A stretch of 64,000 nt of DNA from a virus (IMGVR_UViG_3300027534_000002:128570-192569); one strand, 5' to 3'. Counted from the first letter of the stretch, positions 41,109 to 50,306 are shown. Notes: generated by a model not told the origin, from the sequence alone. Program-made: numbers and translations.

Positions 41109-42359
41109 ATGAAATTTTCAACAGATAAAAGCACCGCACCTAAAAAATTGTCAGACACAGAAGAAAAGCAATTTTGGAGAGCAAAAAAGAAAATTGCATT
41201 TAAGCATAAAAAAACTGCAAATAAAACCAACAACACCGGATGGGTTAAAATGCTAGGCAAGCGAATTAATAAGTACGACGCAAAGATTGGTAATTTATCA
41301 GAGCATAATAGCTTTATTGGGTATTTGTTAGAAGCAGACGACAATGCAGAAATTGTCCTACCACAACAAGACAACCCAAAAGTACAACTTACACAATGGC
41401 CTGACAAAATGCTTAGAGTCATTGAACGTATGAAAACCATCAATGATGGTAGATCCGTTGATCCATATAACACAAAAGAATATATTAAAAAATTTAATAA
41501 ATTCAGTGTCAAAACAGGAACTGAAATTGGAAATGGTGCAATCTATGTTGCCGTTTATTTGGATTCGCAACAAGCGTCACCCAAATTAAATGCAGGATCC
41601 ACATACGATGACATTGAACAATTTCTTATCAATCACATCGAGGCGAATGGCGCGGATGTATATTTTGATAATACAAAAATAGAAGTCAAAGATGGCGAGA
41701 CACTCTTTCGAGTAGGCGGCAGCAGCAAATCAATCGCAAAGGCTGTAACCTTAGTGGCGCCGATTAATACTCTACTTGATAGCTTTAAAACCAAATATTT
41801 GGAATACTTTGAAAACCTTGGCGACCAAGATGCGATAAAAGAATTCAACGCCAAATATGCCGTCTACTTTGAACCCGACGTTTCGTGGGGTATAAAAAAG
41901 TATGAGTTCTTTACTGCGGATGGCACTAAGCGCAAAGACACATTCGCCACCCTCAAAAAATATATTGATGGTAAAATAAATGCATCAAGTGGCGATGCAT
42001 TTGATCGCAAAGGATTTACATCAAGCATGTTTGATGCGTTATCTGCAATTGAGCAAAACGCAGACATTACATCCAGAGGACAATACATAAAGGCGCTCAA
42101 TGATATAATCAGAGACTCTAAATCTATAGCATCTTTTACGGACGCATACAAAGATCTTTATACTGATATTGTATCCAAATCAAACGAAATCCATAATGCG
42201 TTGCAAACCCTTGCAACCTCTATAATGGGAAGCTCTGATCAGATCTACTTTACAAAGAAACAAGGATTTGTACTGGCTGATGTAACCAACGTATCGAATG
42301 CAATTAAAGTTACATCAATATCGTCTGGCCGTGCAAATGCGAAATTGAATATTGATTAA
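41109..42359 (+). CDS. hypothetical protein
   Basis: 416-aa ORF with TAAATA 9 nt upstream. Confidence 0.7.
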   Translation: MKFSTDKSTAPKKLSDTEEKQFWRAKKKIAFKHKKTANKTNNTGWVKMLGKRINKYDAKIGNLSEHNSFIGYLLEADDNAEIVLPQQDNPKVQLTQWPDKMLRVIERMKTINDGRSVDPYNTKEYIKKFNKFSVKTGTEIGNGAIYVAVYLDSQQASPKLNAGSTYDDIEQFLINHIEANGADVYFDNTKIEVKDGETLFRVGGSSKSIAKAVTLVAPINTLLDSFKTKYLEYFENLGDQDAIKEFNAKYAVYFEPDVSWGIKKYEFFTADGTKRKDTFATLKKYIDGKINASSGDAFDRKGFTSSMFDALSAIEQNADITSRGQYIKALNDIIRDSKSIASFTDAYKDLYTDIVSKSNEIHNALQTLATSIMGSSDQIYFTKKQGFVLADVTNVSNAIKVTSISSGRANAKLNID

Positions 42360-42764
42360 TTATTCCCAGCTTATTCTCTTTTTTGATTTTTTAGATCTTT
42401 CGCCCTTGGCTGTACATTGAGAAAGAGTTGGGCGGCATGCTGGATAGCCCTTACGCTTTTCTCCTTCTTGTCTGCCGCAAGGGACCAGCTTGCCTTTTTT
42501 ACTTTTCTTGCAATCTATCCATCCTTTGCCGTGATTCCTATTAAACCACGTATTCAAGGTATCCTCATGGAGAATTTTATCGTTGTTTGGGGCACACGAT
42601 TCTTTTTTTGAATCACCCCAATTGCTTGCACCCATTTTGCGACATCTAACAATCGCACCAGACGCATACGCAGAAGGAAATACTTTATATCTTCGTTTGA
42701 CTTTATAATAGCATTTATCTTTTGCTTCTATCAAACGCAAAAATTCAGTTAATTTAGTCGCCAT
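42360..42764 (-). CDS. conserved basic T4-like phage protein (PSAYASG / YPACRP motifs)
   Basis: YKVFPSAYASGAIVRCRK; WIDCK...PCGR...YPACRPT. Confidence 0.7.
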   Translation of the reverse strand: MATKLTEFLRLIEAKDKCYYKVKRRYKVFPSAYASGAIVRCRKMGASNWGDSKKESCAPNNDKILHEDTLNTWFNRNHGKGWIDCKKSKKGKLVPCGRQEGEKRKGYPACRPTLSQCTAKGERSKKSKKRISWE

Positions 42765-43030
42765 TATATATCGCCTTTGATGACATCAACCATATCACGG
42801 GTTTTTAAAAACGAACTAACAGATTCGACATAGTCTTCTGCAATTGTAATCTTTGACTGCACCCATGCAGGCAGTTCTGTTGGTGATTGAATTACTTCTA
42901 AAATTTCACCGATTCGTTCCGCCATATTTAGTAAACTTGAAATGGCCATTTCGGTCTCACCGTCGAAATGATGATCACCCTTATGTTCAATTGGTGATTT
43001 GAGATACTTTTGAAAAATGTCACAGTGCAT
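42764..43030 (-). CDS. conserved hypothetical phage protein (AWVQSKIT motif)
   Basis: ELPAWVQSKITIAEDY; TAAATA upstream. Confidence 0.65.
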   Translation of the reverse strand: MHCDIFQKYLKSPIEHKGDHHFDGETEMAISSLLNMAERIGEILEVIQSPTELPAWVQSKITIAEDYVESVSSFLKTRDMVDVIKGDI

Positions 43031-43056
43031 AATGTTATTTATGCCAACATATGCGA

Positions 43057-43737
43057 CTACTTCTTAGACTTGAGCAAAAGATACGCCTCGTATCTTAAAT
43101 ATTGAATTGGGATATTCCTCCATCTTTCAGTTTCTGTGTTTAGATAGTTAATCGCCAATGCTCTTAGTTTCTTTCCAGTCATCTGGCTATACATAAATGC
43201 ATATAGAGACAGCTGTAATGCATAGTTGTTGAATTCACATGATTGCAGATGATCAACAGGCTTCAGTAGATATTCATTGTATTTAGAAAGATATCTGAAC
43301 TGTTTATTGGTCTTGAAGTCCATGATACTAAACTCAGACCCGTGATCGACTATTACGTCAGCCATGCCAGCAACTTTAAACTCGTGGTTGTATACGATCT
43401 TTTCTGCATATATAACATTCGCATCGCCTAGTAAATTTAAATTGTGTGTGAATGAGCTGTAGAGGTTCGAATTGCCTGGTGTTTCTTTATACTCTATAAT
43501 AAAGTCTTCCATGATCTTATGATAATTCTTTCCTCGATGGCAGCTAAAGTCCTTAATTTCATCCCATTTATCCATGACTTCTTCCGCAGTGGTGCCGTAA
43601 TCTTTTGCTTTTTTTGCAGCCCAATACTTTGTATCAAAAGGTTTTTTGAACTGCGATAAAACAGCAGAAACACTAGTATATTCTTCGCCAGTCTCAGTAT
43701 TGATATATTTGTGTGTTTCTTCTATGAGTTTTATCAT
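43057..43737 (-). CDS. PD-(D/E)xK exonuclease (Cas4/lambda-exo-like)
   Basis: YTSVSAVL, RGKNYH, AGMADVIV, IMDFKTN, YALQLSLY; start MIKLIEETHKY at 43737. Confidence 0.8.
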   Translation of the reverse strand: MIKLIEETHKYINTETGEEYTSVSAVLSQFKKPFDTKYWAAKKAKDYGTTAEEVMDKWDEIKDFSCHRGKNYHKIMEDFIIEYKETPGNSNLYSSFTHNLNLLGDANVIYAEKIVYNHEFKVAGMADVIVDHGSEFSIMDFKTNKQFRYLSKYNEYLLKPVDHLQSCEFNNYALQLSLYAFMYSQMTGKKLRALAINYLNTETERWRNIPIQYLRYEAYLLLKSKK

Positions 43738-43798
43738 AGCAATAAAATATAATAGGTTATCTGCAAATTCAATGACTGATTTCGAATAATTATATTTT

Positions 43799-43993
43799 AT
43801 GCGATATAAAGATGTAGATCTGATTTGGGAAGCATATGCAAAGAAAGCAGACATCGACCCTAAGCAATTAAAAATGGGGATTAAGGTCGAAATGGAGCAC
43901 ACAGATGATCCTAAAACTGCCGAGAAGATTGCGCTTGATCATCTAGGAGAGGATCCTTTATATTATACAAAACTCAAAAAAGCAAATTTATGA
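43799..43993 (+). CDS. DUF5661-like protein
   Basis: QLKMGIKVEMEHT...IALDHL.E.P.YYTKL. Confidence 0.7.
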   Translation: MRYKDVDLIWEAYAKKADIDPKQLKMGIKVEMEHTDDPKTAEKIALDHLGEDPLYYTKLKKANL

Positions 43994-44469
43994 ACGCAGT
44001 AGCAAGACTTATTGGTTGGATCCGCGAAGAAACGGAACAAAATGTTAAAATCACTCTCGACAAGACATCCGCACGAAAGCTAATGGATGGTTTAGAATCC
44101 GCCATTACTCCGTGCCCAGATCCTACACAAGACATTCAATTGAATTTAGAAAATCGCCAAAAAGCAATTGACGAATATATGTATGGGCCAGCCGATCCGA
44201 ATAATCCGGGAGACTATTGGGATTCATTAGCTTTGGTGTGGAGAGAAGATGACGTCAATGCAGTCAAAGGAATGGTTTGTGGTAATTGCGCTGCATTCAA
44301 TGTAACAAAAAGAATGAAAGCCTGCATAAAAACAGGCTTTCAAGATAAGGGAGAAGATGATTGGGATACCGTAGATGCTGGCGAACTTGGTTACTGCCAA
44401 TTTTTGAATTTCAAATGTGCAGCTAAAAGAACATGCAAGTCTTGGGTTACTGGCGGACCAATCAAGTGA
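43990..44469 (+). CDS. conserved Cys-rich phage protein
   Basis: NRQKAIDEYMYGP, CGNCAAF, GYC...FKCAAKRTC. Confidence 0.7.
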   Translation: MNAVARLIGWIREETEQNVKITLDKTSARKLMDGLESAITPCPDPTQDIQLNLENRQKAIDEYMYGPADPNNPGDYWDSLALVWREDDVNAVKGMVCGNCAAFNVTKRMKACIKTGFQDKGEDDWDTVDAGELGYCQFLNFKCAAKRTCKSWVTGGPIK

Positions 44470-44471
44470 CG

Positions 44472-45398
44472 TTATTTCAAGTATCGGAGATAACCAGCCA
44501 CATACTGATAGCTTTCATTTACAGTCCTCATCCGTGAAAGAATAGCGTCGATTCTGGCCTTCTGTGCTGGTATAATTTGCGCTGCTTTTACCTTTTCGTA
44601 TTCATCAGAATCTGGGAAATAAAAGCGGTCACGCCATTTGGTCATGCCAATATTTCTGCCGTCGCCAGTTACATCGTAGCCGGATTGTTTAATGAATGAC
44701 ACAACATACGGAACATATTTTGCGACGGGTGCCGCGTTCTGTTTTCCTTTGATTTGATTTATCTCGTCACCGTCAATCTCAAGCGTAACGTGTGGTTTGT
44801 TATTTTGATCCCATAGACTGATTATATTCTCAGGATCATATCCAGCAGCACAGTGCCCCATTGTTTCGCCTTCATATTTACACATTTTTTTGGATAGCGA
44901 TTGGACCCATTTGTATGGAGGCATTTCTTTTACCACCTCATAATCTTCGCCTTCTACAAGATCAAAATTCGATGATACTTTGGCAGAAGACATTGAGTCA
45001 TCCCATGCAGGGACTTCGACCATATAAACATCTTTTGGCGTCTTTTTGAATAGATCCTTTAAATATTGATCATCTTTGGTTTTGAAATAATCAGCGACGT
45101 GATTCAAAAAAGAAATGCGTTCATCTGTATATGTGACGTCAAAACTATTAGCTGACCAATCAGGATCTCCTTCTTTTGGTGTATGTTTTTGTATAAGGCG
45201 CATGCGGGCATTCTCATTATCGTTTTGGCTATCTTGGAAATATCTTTTCTCCGCCTTGATAAACCAATCAATAATTCTCTTGTCTGATATTTTTTTATCT
45301 TGTGTGATTTGGTTAACAACATCCACTATAGGATCTGTCGAGTATAGATTCGCCTCGCCCAACATAAAACTACGAAATATTTTGTCAAATTTATTCAT
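44472..45398 (-). CDS. PcfJ-like domain protein
   Basis: EGETMGHCAAGY...ISLWD..NKPHVTLEI...QIKGKQN; start MNKFDKIF after TAAATA. Confidence 0.7.
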   Translation of the reverse strand: MNKFDKIFRSFMLGEANLYSTDPIVDVVNQITQDKKISDKRIIDWFIKAEKRYFQDSQNDNENARMRLIQKHTPKEGDPDWSANSFDVTYTDERISFLNHVADYFKTKDDQYLKDLFKKTPKDVYMVEVPAWDDSMSSAKVSSNFDLVEGEDYEVVKEMPPYKWVQSLSKKMCKYEGETMGHCAAGYDPENIISLWDQNNKPHVTLEIDGDEINQIKGKQNAAPVAKYVPYVVSFIKQSGYDVTGDGRNIGMTKWRDRFYFPDSDEYEKVKAAQIIPAQKARIDAILSRMRTVNESYQYVAGYLRYLK

Positions 45399-45434
45399 AT
45401 TTAAAATATTTATTTTTATCACCTTTGATAAGTC

Positions 45435-45680
45435 TTATCTCTTAATAGATTTCCACATTGCAGCCGCTGCAATTTTTTTGCCCTTTTCGCCACCACCTGC
45501 AGCCTTAGCCATCTTCTCAAAGCCAGGACCTTTTTTACCAATATCCTCACCAGCCTTTGCTTTTTTGACTACATTAGACTTTTGTTTCTGGGTTAACCCC
45601 GCTGATGGTTTAGATTTTTTGGCCTCGGTGATGCATTCGAGATATGCGTTATAGATGGAATCATTTTCTCTGTATTTCAT
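45435..45680 (-). CDS. small basic conserved phage protein
   Basis: KPSAGL...DIGKKG...AAAAMWK; TAAGTA 6 nt before the ATG. Confidence 0.7.
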   Translation of the reverse strand: MKYRENDSIYNAYLECITEAKKSKPSAGLTQKQKSNVVKKAKAGEDIGKKGPGFEKMAKAAGGGEKGKKIAAAAMWKSIKR

Positions 45681-45722
45681 AAAATATACTTACATAAAAG
45701 AAAAAACATTAATCAATGCAAA

Positions 45723-46208
45723 TCATGCGAATATCCTTCCTTTCACATCACATACTGCCCTTACTTGTTCTTCAGTGAAATTAACAGTGTTATTACTGCA
45801 ATAGAAATCACGACCTACTTCCTTTGGCGCCCCTTCCAAAGATGTGAGAGAGTTGTTGGAGCAATAGAAATCGCCTCCTACTTTCTCTGGAGCACCTTTC
45901 AGGGATGTGAGGGAGTTGTAGTGGCAATAGAAATCACTTCCTACTTTCTCTGGTGCTCCTTCCAAGGAAGTCAGAGAGTTGTTGTGGCAAAGGAAATCAC
46001 GACCTACTTTCTCTGGTGCTCCTTTCAGGGAAGTCAGAGAGTTGTAGTAGCAAAGGAAACTTCCACCTACTTTCTCCGGTGCACCTTCTAAGGATGTGAG
46101 GGAGTTGTCGATGCAACGGAAGTTTCCTTCTACTGTCACATCAGAAAAAACATCTGGAATCTTTTCAAATCCTAAACCGGATATATTTATTTCGTCTATT
46201 ATTTTCAT
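45723..46208 (-). CDS. 22-aa LRR-like repeat protein, copy 5 (6 units)
   Basis: Units xFxCxxNSLTSLEGAPEKVG; N-cap MKIIDEINISGLG, C-cap FTEEQVRAVCDV. Confidence 0.85.
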   Translation of the reverse strand: MKIIDEINISGLGFEKIPDVFSDVTVEGNFRCIDNSLTSLEGAPEKVGGSFLCYYNSLTSLKGAPEKVGRDFLCHNNSLTSLEGAPEKVGSDFYCHYNSLTSLKGAPEKVGGDFYCSNNSLTSLEGAPKEVGRDFYCSNNTVNFTEEQVRAVCDVKGRIFA

Positions 46209-46876
46209 ACATTTATAGTGCCACGCACATCACATACTGCCCTTACTTGTTCTTCAGTGAACTTGCCGGGATTTTCTCCACAATAGAAATCACCATACAC
46301 TATCTTTGGTGCTCCTTCGAGCGACGTGAGTTTATTATAAGTACAAACAAAATCCCCATCTACGGTCTCAGGAGAGCCTTTCAGTGAAGTTAGATTGTTG
46401 TGATGACATGTGAAATCCCCATTTATTTCCTTTGGAGCCCCTTCTAGTGAAGTGAGTTGGTTGTTGTCGCAATGGAAACCACCTCCTACTTCCTCTGGAG
46501 CACCTTCTAAGGAAGTGAGAGAGTTGCTGCCGCAATAGAAATCACCTACTTTCTCTGGTGCGCCTTCTAAGGATGTGAGCTGATTGCTCCCACAATCAAA
46601 ATAACCACTCACTTCGTCGGGGGCACCTTTTAGAGTAGTGAGTTGATTTTGCTCGCAATCGAAATGACCACCTACTTTCCTTGGCGCTCCTTCTAGAGTG
46701 ATGAGAAAGTTATGATCACAAAAGAACCCACCATCTACTCTTTTCGGCGCCCCTTCTAGAGTAGTGAGATTGTTGTGGGTGCAAAGGAAATGTTCGTATA
46801 CTGTCACATCAGAAAAGATGTCCGGTATCTTTTCAAATCCTAAACCGGATATGTTTATTTCGTCTATTATTTTCAT
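46205..46876 (-). CDS. 22-aa LRR-like repeat protein, copy 4 (9 units, most divergent)
   Basis: Same caps; ATGA overlaps with neighbours. Confidence 0.85.
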   Translation of the reverse strand: MKIIDEINISGLGFEKIPDIFSDVTVYEHFLCTHNNLTTLEGAPKRVDGGFFCDHNFLITLEGAPRKVGGHFDCEQNQLTTLKGAPDEVSGYFDCGSNQLTSLEGAPEKVGDFYCGSNSLTSLEGAPEEVGGGFHCDNNQLTSLEGAPKEINGDFTCHHNNLTSLKGSPETVDGDFVCTYNKLTSLEGAPKIVYGDFYCGENPGKFTEEQVRAVCDVRGTINV

Positions 46877-47484
46877 ACAAATATTTTACCTTTGACATCA
46901 CATACTGCTCGCACTTGTTCTTCAGTGAACTTGACTGCATTGTACACACATATGAAATCACCACCTACTTCCTTTGGTGCACCTTCTAAAGAGGTGAGAG
47001 GGTTGTCGGCGCATATAAAATTTCCTCCTACTTCCTTTGGTGCTCCTTCTAAAGAAGTGAGCTTGTTGATATAGCAATTGAAATCACCACCTACTTTCTC
47101 TGGCCCTCCTTTTAGAGTAGTGAGAGAGTTGTTGCGGCAATAGAAATCACCACCTACTTCGTTTGGCCCACCTTCTAAGGAAGCAAGAGAGTTGTTGGTA
47201 CAATTGAAATTTCCACGCACTTCCTTCGGCGCTCCTTCTAAAGAGGTGAGTTTGTTGTTGTAGCAATGGAAATACCCACCCACTTTCTCTGGTGCTCCTT
47301 CTAAGGATGTGAGGGAGTTGTAGGAGCAAATGAAATTACCACGTACTTCCTTCGGCGCTCCTTCTAAGGAGATGAGAGGGTTGCCGGTGCAATAAAAATT
47401 CCCTTCTACTATCACATCAGAAAAGACATCTGGAATCTTTTCAAATCCTAAATCGGATATGTTTATTTCGTCTATTATTTTCAT
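46873..47484 (-). CDS. 22-aa LRR-like repeat protein, copy 3 (8 units)
   Basis: Same caps and units. Confidence 0.85.
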   Translation of the reverse strand: MKIIDEINISDLGFEKIPDVFSDVIVEGNFYCTGNPLISLEGAPKEVRGNFICSYNSLTSLEGAPEKVGGYFHCYNNKLTSLEGAPKEVRGNFNCTNNSLASLEGGPNEVGGDFYCRNNSLTTLKGGPEKVGGDFNCYINKLTSLEGAPKEVGGNFICADNPLTSLEGAPKEVGGDFICVYNAVKFTEEQVRAVCDVKGKIFV

Positions 47485-48029
47485 ACGTATATTCGGCCTT
47501 TCACATTACACACTGCCCTTACTTGTTCTTCAGTGAACTTAACAGTGTTATTACTACAAAAGAAACTTCCCTCTACTTTCTCTGGTGCTCCTTCTAAGGA
47601 AGTGAGAGAGTTGTCGTCGCAAATGAAATCACCACGTACTTCCTTTGGTGACCCTTCCAAGGATGTGAGAAAGTTGTCGGTGCAAAGGAAATTACCACCT
47701 ACTTTCTCTGGTGCTCCTTCCAAAGATGTGAGGGAGTTGTTGTGGCAAAAGAAATCACCCTCTACTTTCTCTGGTGCTCCTTCTAAGGAAGTGAGGGAGT
47801 TGTAGGAGCAATAGAAATCACCCTCTACTTTCTCTGGTGCACCTTCTAAGGATGTGAGAGAGTTGTAGGGGCAATAGAAATTACCACCTACTTCCTTTGG
47901 CGCCCCTTCCAAGGATGTGAGAAAGTTGTCGGTGCAATCAAAATAATTTTCTACTTTCACATCAGAAAAGATATCTGGTATCTTTTCAAATCCTAAACCG
48001 GATATGTTTATTTCGTCTATTATTTTCAT
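47481..48029 (-). CDS. 22-aa LRR-like repeat protein, copy 2 (7 units)
   Basis: Same caps and units. Confidence 0.85.
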   Translation of the reverse strand: MKIIDEINISGLGFEKIPDIFSDVKVENYFDCTDNFLTSLEGAPKEVGGNFYCPYNSLTSLEGAPEKVEGDFYCSYNSLTSLEGAPEKVEGDFFCHNNSLTSLEGAPEKVGGNFLCTDNFLTSLEGSPKEVRGDFICDDNSLTSLEGAPEKVEGSFFCSNNTVKFTEEQVRAVCNVKGRIYV

Positions 48030-48763
48030 ACGAATATCCTTCCTTTCACATCACATACTGCTCGAACTTGTTCTTCAGTGAACTTAACAGTGTTATTACT
48101 GCAAAAGAAACTTCCCTCTACTTTCTCTGGTGCTCCTTCCAAAGATGTGAGAGAGTTGTTGTTACAATAGAAACTTCCACCTACTTTCTCTGGTGCCCCT
48201 TCCAAGGAAGCGAGAGAGTTGTTGTTGCAAAAGAAATCACCCTCTACTTCCTTTGGAGCCCCTTCCAAAGAAGTGAGAGAGTTGTTGTAGCAATGGAAAT
48301 ACCCGCCTACTTCCTTTGGTGCTCCTTCCAAAGATGTGAGAGAGTTGTTGTTGCAATAGAAACTTCCACCTACTTTCTCTGGTGCCCCTTCCAAGGAAGC
48401 GAGAGAGTTGTTGTTGCAATAGAAACTTCCACCTACTTCCTTTGGAGCACCTTCCAAAGAAGTGAGAGAGTTGTTGTAGCAATGGAAACCACGACCTACT
48501 TTCTCTGGTGCACCTTTCAGGGAAGTCAGAGAGTTGTTGTAGCAATGGAAATAACGTCCTACTTTCTTTGGTGCACCTTCTAAGGAAGTGAGGGAGTTGT
48601 TGTGGCAAGAGAAATGACCTTCTACTTTCTCTGGCGCCCCTTCCAAGGATGTGAGAAAGTTGTCGGTGCAATCAAAATAATTTTCTACTTTCACATCAGA
48701 AAAGATGTCTGGAATCTTTTCAAATCCTAAACCGGATATGTCTACTTCGTCTATTATTTTCAT
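48026..48763 (-). CDS. 22-aa LRR-like repeat protein, copy 1 (10 units)
   Basis: Start MKIIDEV at 48763 with TAAGTA 8 nt upstream (late-type). Confidence 0.85.
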   Translation of the reverse strand: MKIIDEVDISGLGFEKIPDIFSDVKVENYFDCTDNFLTSLEGAPEKVEGHFSCHNNSLTSLEGAPKKVGRYFHCYNNSLTSLKGAPEKVGRGFHCYNNSLTSLEGAPKEVGGSFYCNNNSLASLEGAPEKVGGSFYCNNNSLTSLEGAPKEVGGYFHCYNNSLTSLEGAPKEVEGDFFCNNNSLASLEGAPEKVGGSFYCNNNSLTSLEGAPEKVEGSFFCSNNTVKFTEEQVRAVCDVKGRIFV

Positions 48764-49065
48764 AAAATACATACTTACCGCAACTTTGATCATTACATAG
48801 GCAACAGACAAGAATACCGATAGGACTTTTCACACCTCCATCCACACCCAAGTCCAGGTGGCGTAGCATCGTGATTAAACACACATATTTCGCTTATAAT
48901 AAAGTCTCATGCTTAATCTATATAGATTTCTGTATTTACAAAGGAACGTATATAACTAAGAGTATGAAGCTTAATATATAGTCTATGCTTCTATTAAGGA
49001 AAGCTTACATAGGCATAGTCATAAGGTATATCCCGGTTGGGTGGGCATAAGCTTCAAGCGTTTGC

Positions 49066-49186
49066 ATCGAGCAGTGCATCGGGCTAAGGAATCGAGCAGT
49101 GCATCGGGCTAAGGAAATGGATGCGCGCTATATACGGAAATTAAGGAAATGGATGCGCGCTATATACGGAAATTAAGGAAATGGAT
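49066..49186. repeat. non-coding tandem repeats: 25 bp x2 then 32 bp x2+
   Basis: ATCGAGCAGTGCATCGGGCTAAGGA x2; AATGGATGCGCGCTATATACGGAAATTAAGGA x2 plus a partial copy. Confidence 0.9.
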
Positions 49187-49355
49187 TTTTGCTAAAAAAA
49201 TTTTAGCCTTGGCCCCTACCCCCTCCGGTTCCTATACCTCTCTATTATACAACTCTCTACGACACCTTTCCTATTTCCAGCGCGCCTAAACCAGCGCATA
49301 GGCAAACCGCCTCGATCTAAACCACAGCAATGATAAACGGCAAGCACTTAATCCA

Positions 49356-49385
49356 GGGAGAGGAACCAACCCTTGTTCCTCTCCC
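49356..49385 (-). terminator. GC-rich hairpin ending the early-gene array
   Basis: GGGAGAGGAAC/GTTCCTCTCCC 11-bp stem just past the stop at 49398; weak U-tract. Confidence 0.6.
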
Positions 49386-49397
49386 ACCTCTTTCCCT

Positions 49398-49748
49398 TCA
49401 ACCAACAATTCGATCCAGACTCGTCTTCAGATCTTTCAGCTTGCATCGGGCATCGAACACATCGCCTTGAGCGGTATTGCACTTCCGATACAGGGCAATG
49501 TAAACCTCCTCGTTCCCAATCAGATTTGTTTTAGCCACCTGCAACTCTTCATTCCATTTAGCAATCGCAACCTCATCAGTGCTATTCAAGATCAGCAATT
49601 CATTGAACCCGATATTGCTTCTCATAATGTGTCTCCGAAGGACGAGATCTTTCAACTGCTTAGAGACCTCTTCATGAATTGCAACCTTGCGGCCGAGGTC
49701 GGCTTCGGCATGTTCGATCTTGAGTTGGGTGAGTTGTGCTTCGGTCAT
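49398..49748 (-). CDS. early hypothetical protein (coiled-coil)
   Basis: Own promoter element abutting the ATG. Confidence 0.75.
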   Translation of the reverse strand: MTEAQLTQLKIEHAEADLGRKVAIHEEVSKQLKDLVLRRHIMRSNIGFNELLILNSTDEVAIAKWNEELQVAKTNLIGNEEVYIALYRKCNTAQGDVFDARCKLKDLKTSLDRIVG

Positions 49749-49778
49749 GAATCAATATAGCTGAGGGTTGGATTGGGA

Positions 49779-50066
49779 TCAAGCATTGAATACCTTTTTG
49801 ATTGCGTATTCCAATGGATCCACCCTCCAACGCAAGACGTCATGCTCTTCAATGATTGCCACGACTGCCTCTGACCTTATCCTTTTGAACTCCTCAAAAG
49901 CAAGAGACATCTCAACCCCAGCCTCGTAGTACGCATCCATCAATTCTGCGTCTCCATTGATTGCAGGCTTGAGGATTCGCATCCTTGCCTTTGCTGCTGC
50001 TCCCTTTGCGGAGGCGTCTGCCAACTTAAGAATCGTCTGCTTCAGCGTCTCTTTGGTATTGCTCAT
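49779..50066 (-). CDS. early hypothetical protein
   Basis: Own promoter element. Confidence 0.75.
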   Translation of the reverse strand: MSNTKETLKQTILKLADASAKGAAAKARMRILKPAINGDAELMDAYYEAGVEMSLAFEEFKRIRSEAVVAIIEEHDVLRWRVDPLEYAIKKVFNA

Positions 50067-50102
50067 GAGATACTATAGCGAAGGGTTGAGTTGCTGTCAA
50101 GC

Positions 50103-50306
50103 TTAGTTGTGCAGTGCTTGATGTGCTCTAATGATCATCATCATCTTTCGGATCGTGGGGCTAGCATTGAACACAATGCGTCGGTTGTGGAACATGTTCT
50201 TCAGCCCCTCTACGTAACCTGTATACATTGAGGCTTTGCGAGCGCGGAACAAGGTTGTGTTAAGCGAGCCGAGCATTGTGATCCAAGAGAGGACGAAGCG
50301 GTACAT
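50103..50306 (-). CDS. early hypothetical protein
   Basis: Own promoter element. Confidence 0.7.
   Translation of the reverse strand: MYRFVLSWITMLGSLNTTLFRARKASMYTGYVEGLKNMFHNRRIVFNASPTIRKMMMIIRAHQALHN

Noticed and set aside
41084-41512. 250-aa thioredoxin fusion
   Set aside because: The extension is antisense to the 41109-42359 gene; the thioredoxin domain starts at 41083.
43057-43737. Cas4 as part of a CRISPR system
   Set aside because: Solo PD-(D/E)xK exonucleases are common in large phages; no Cas4 Fe-S Cys cluster pattern, array or other cas genes.
45723-48763. A complete DGR within the window
   Set aside because: No reverse transcriptase ORF and no non-coding template copy of the 66-bp unit were found, including in the two non-coding blocks; kept only as a hypothesis.
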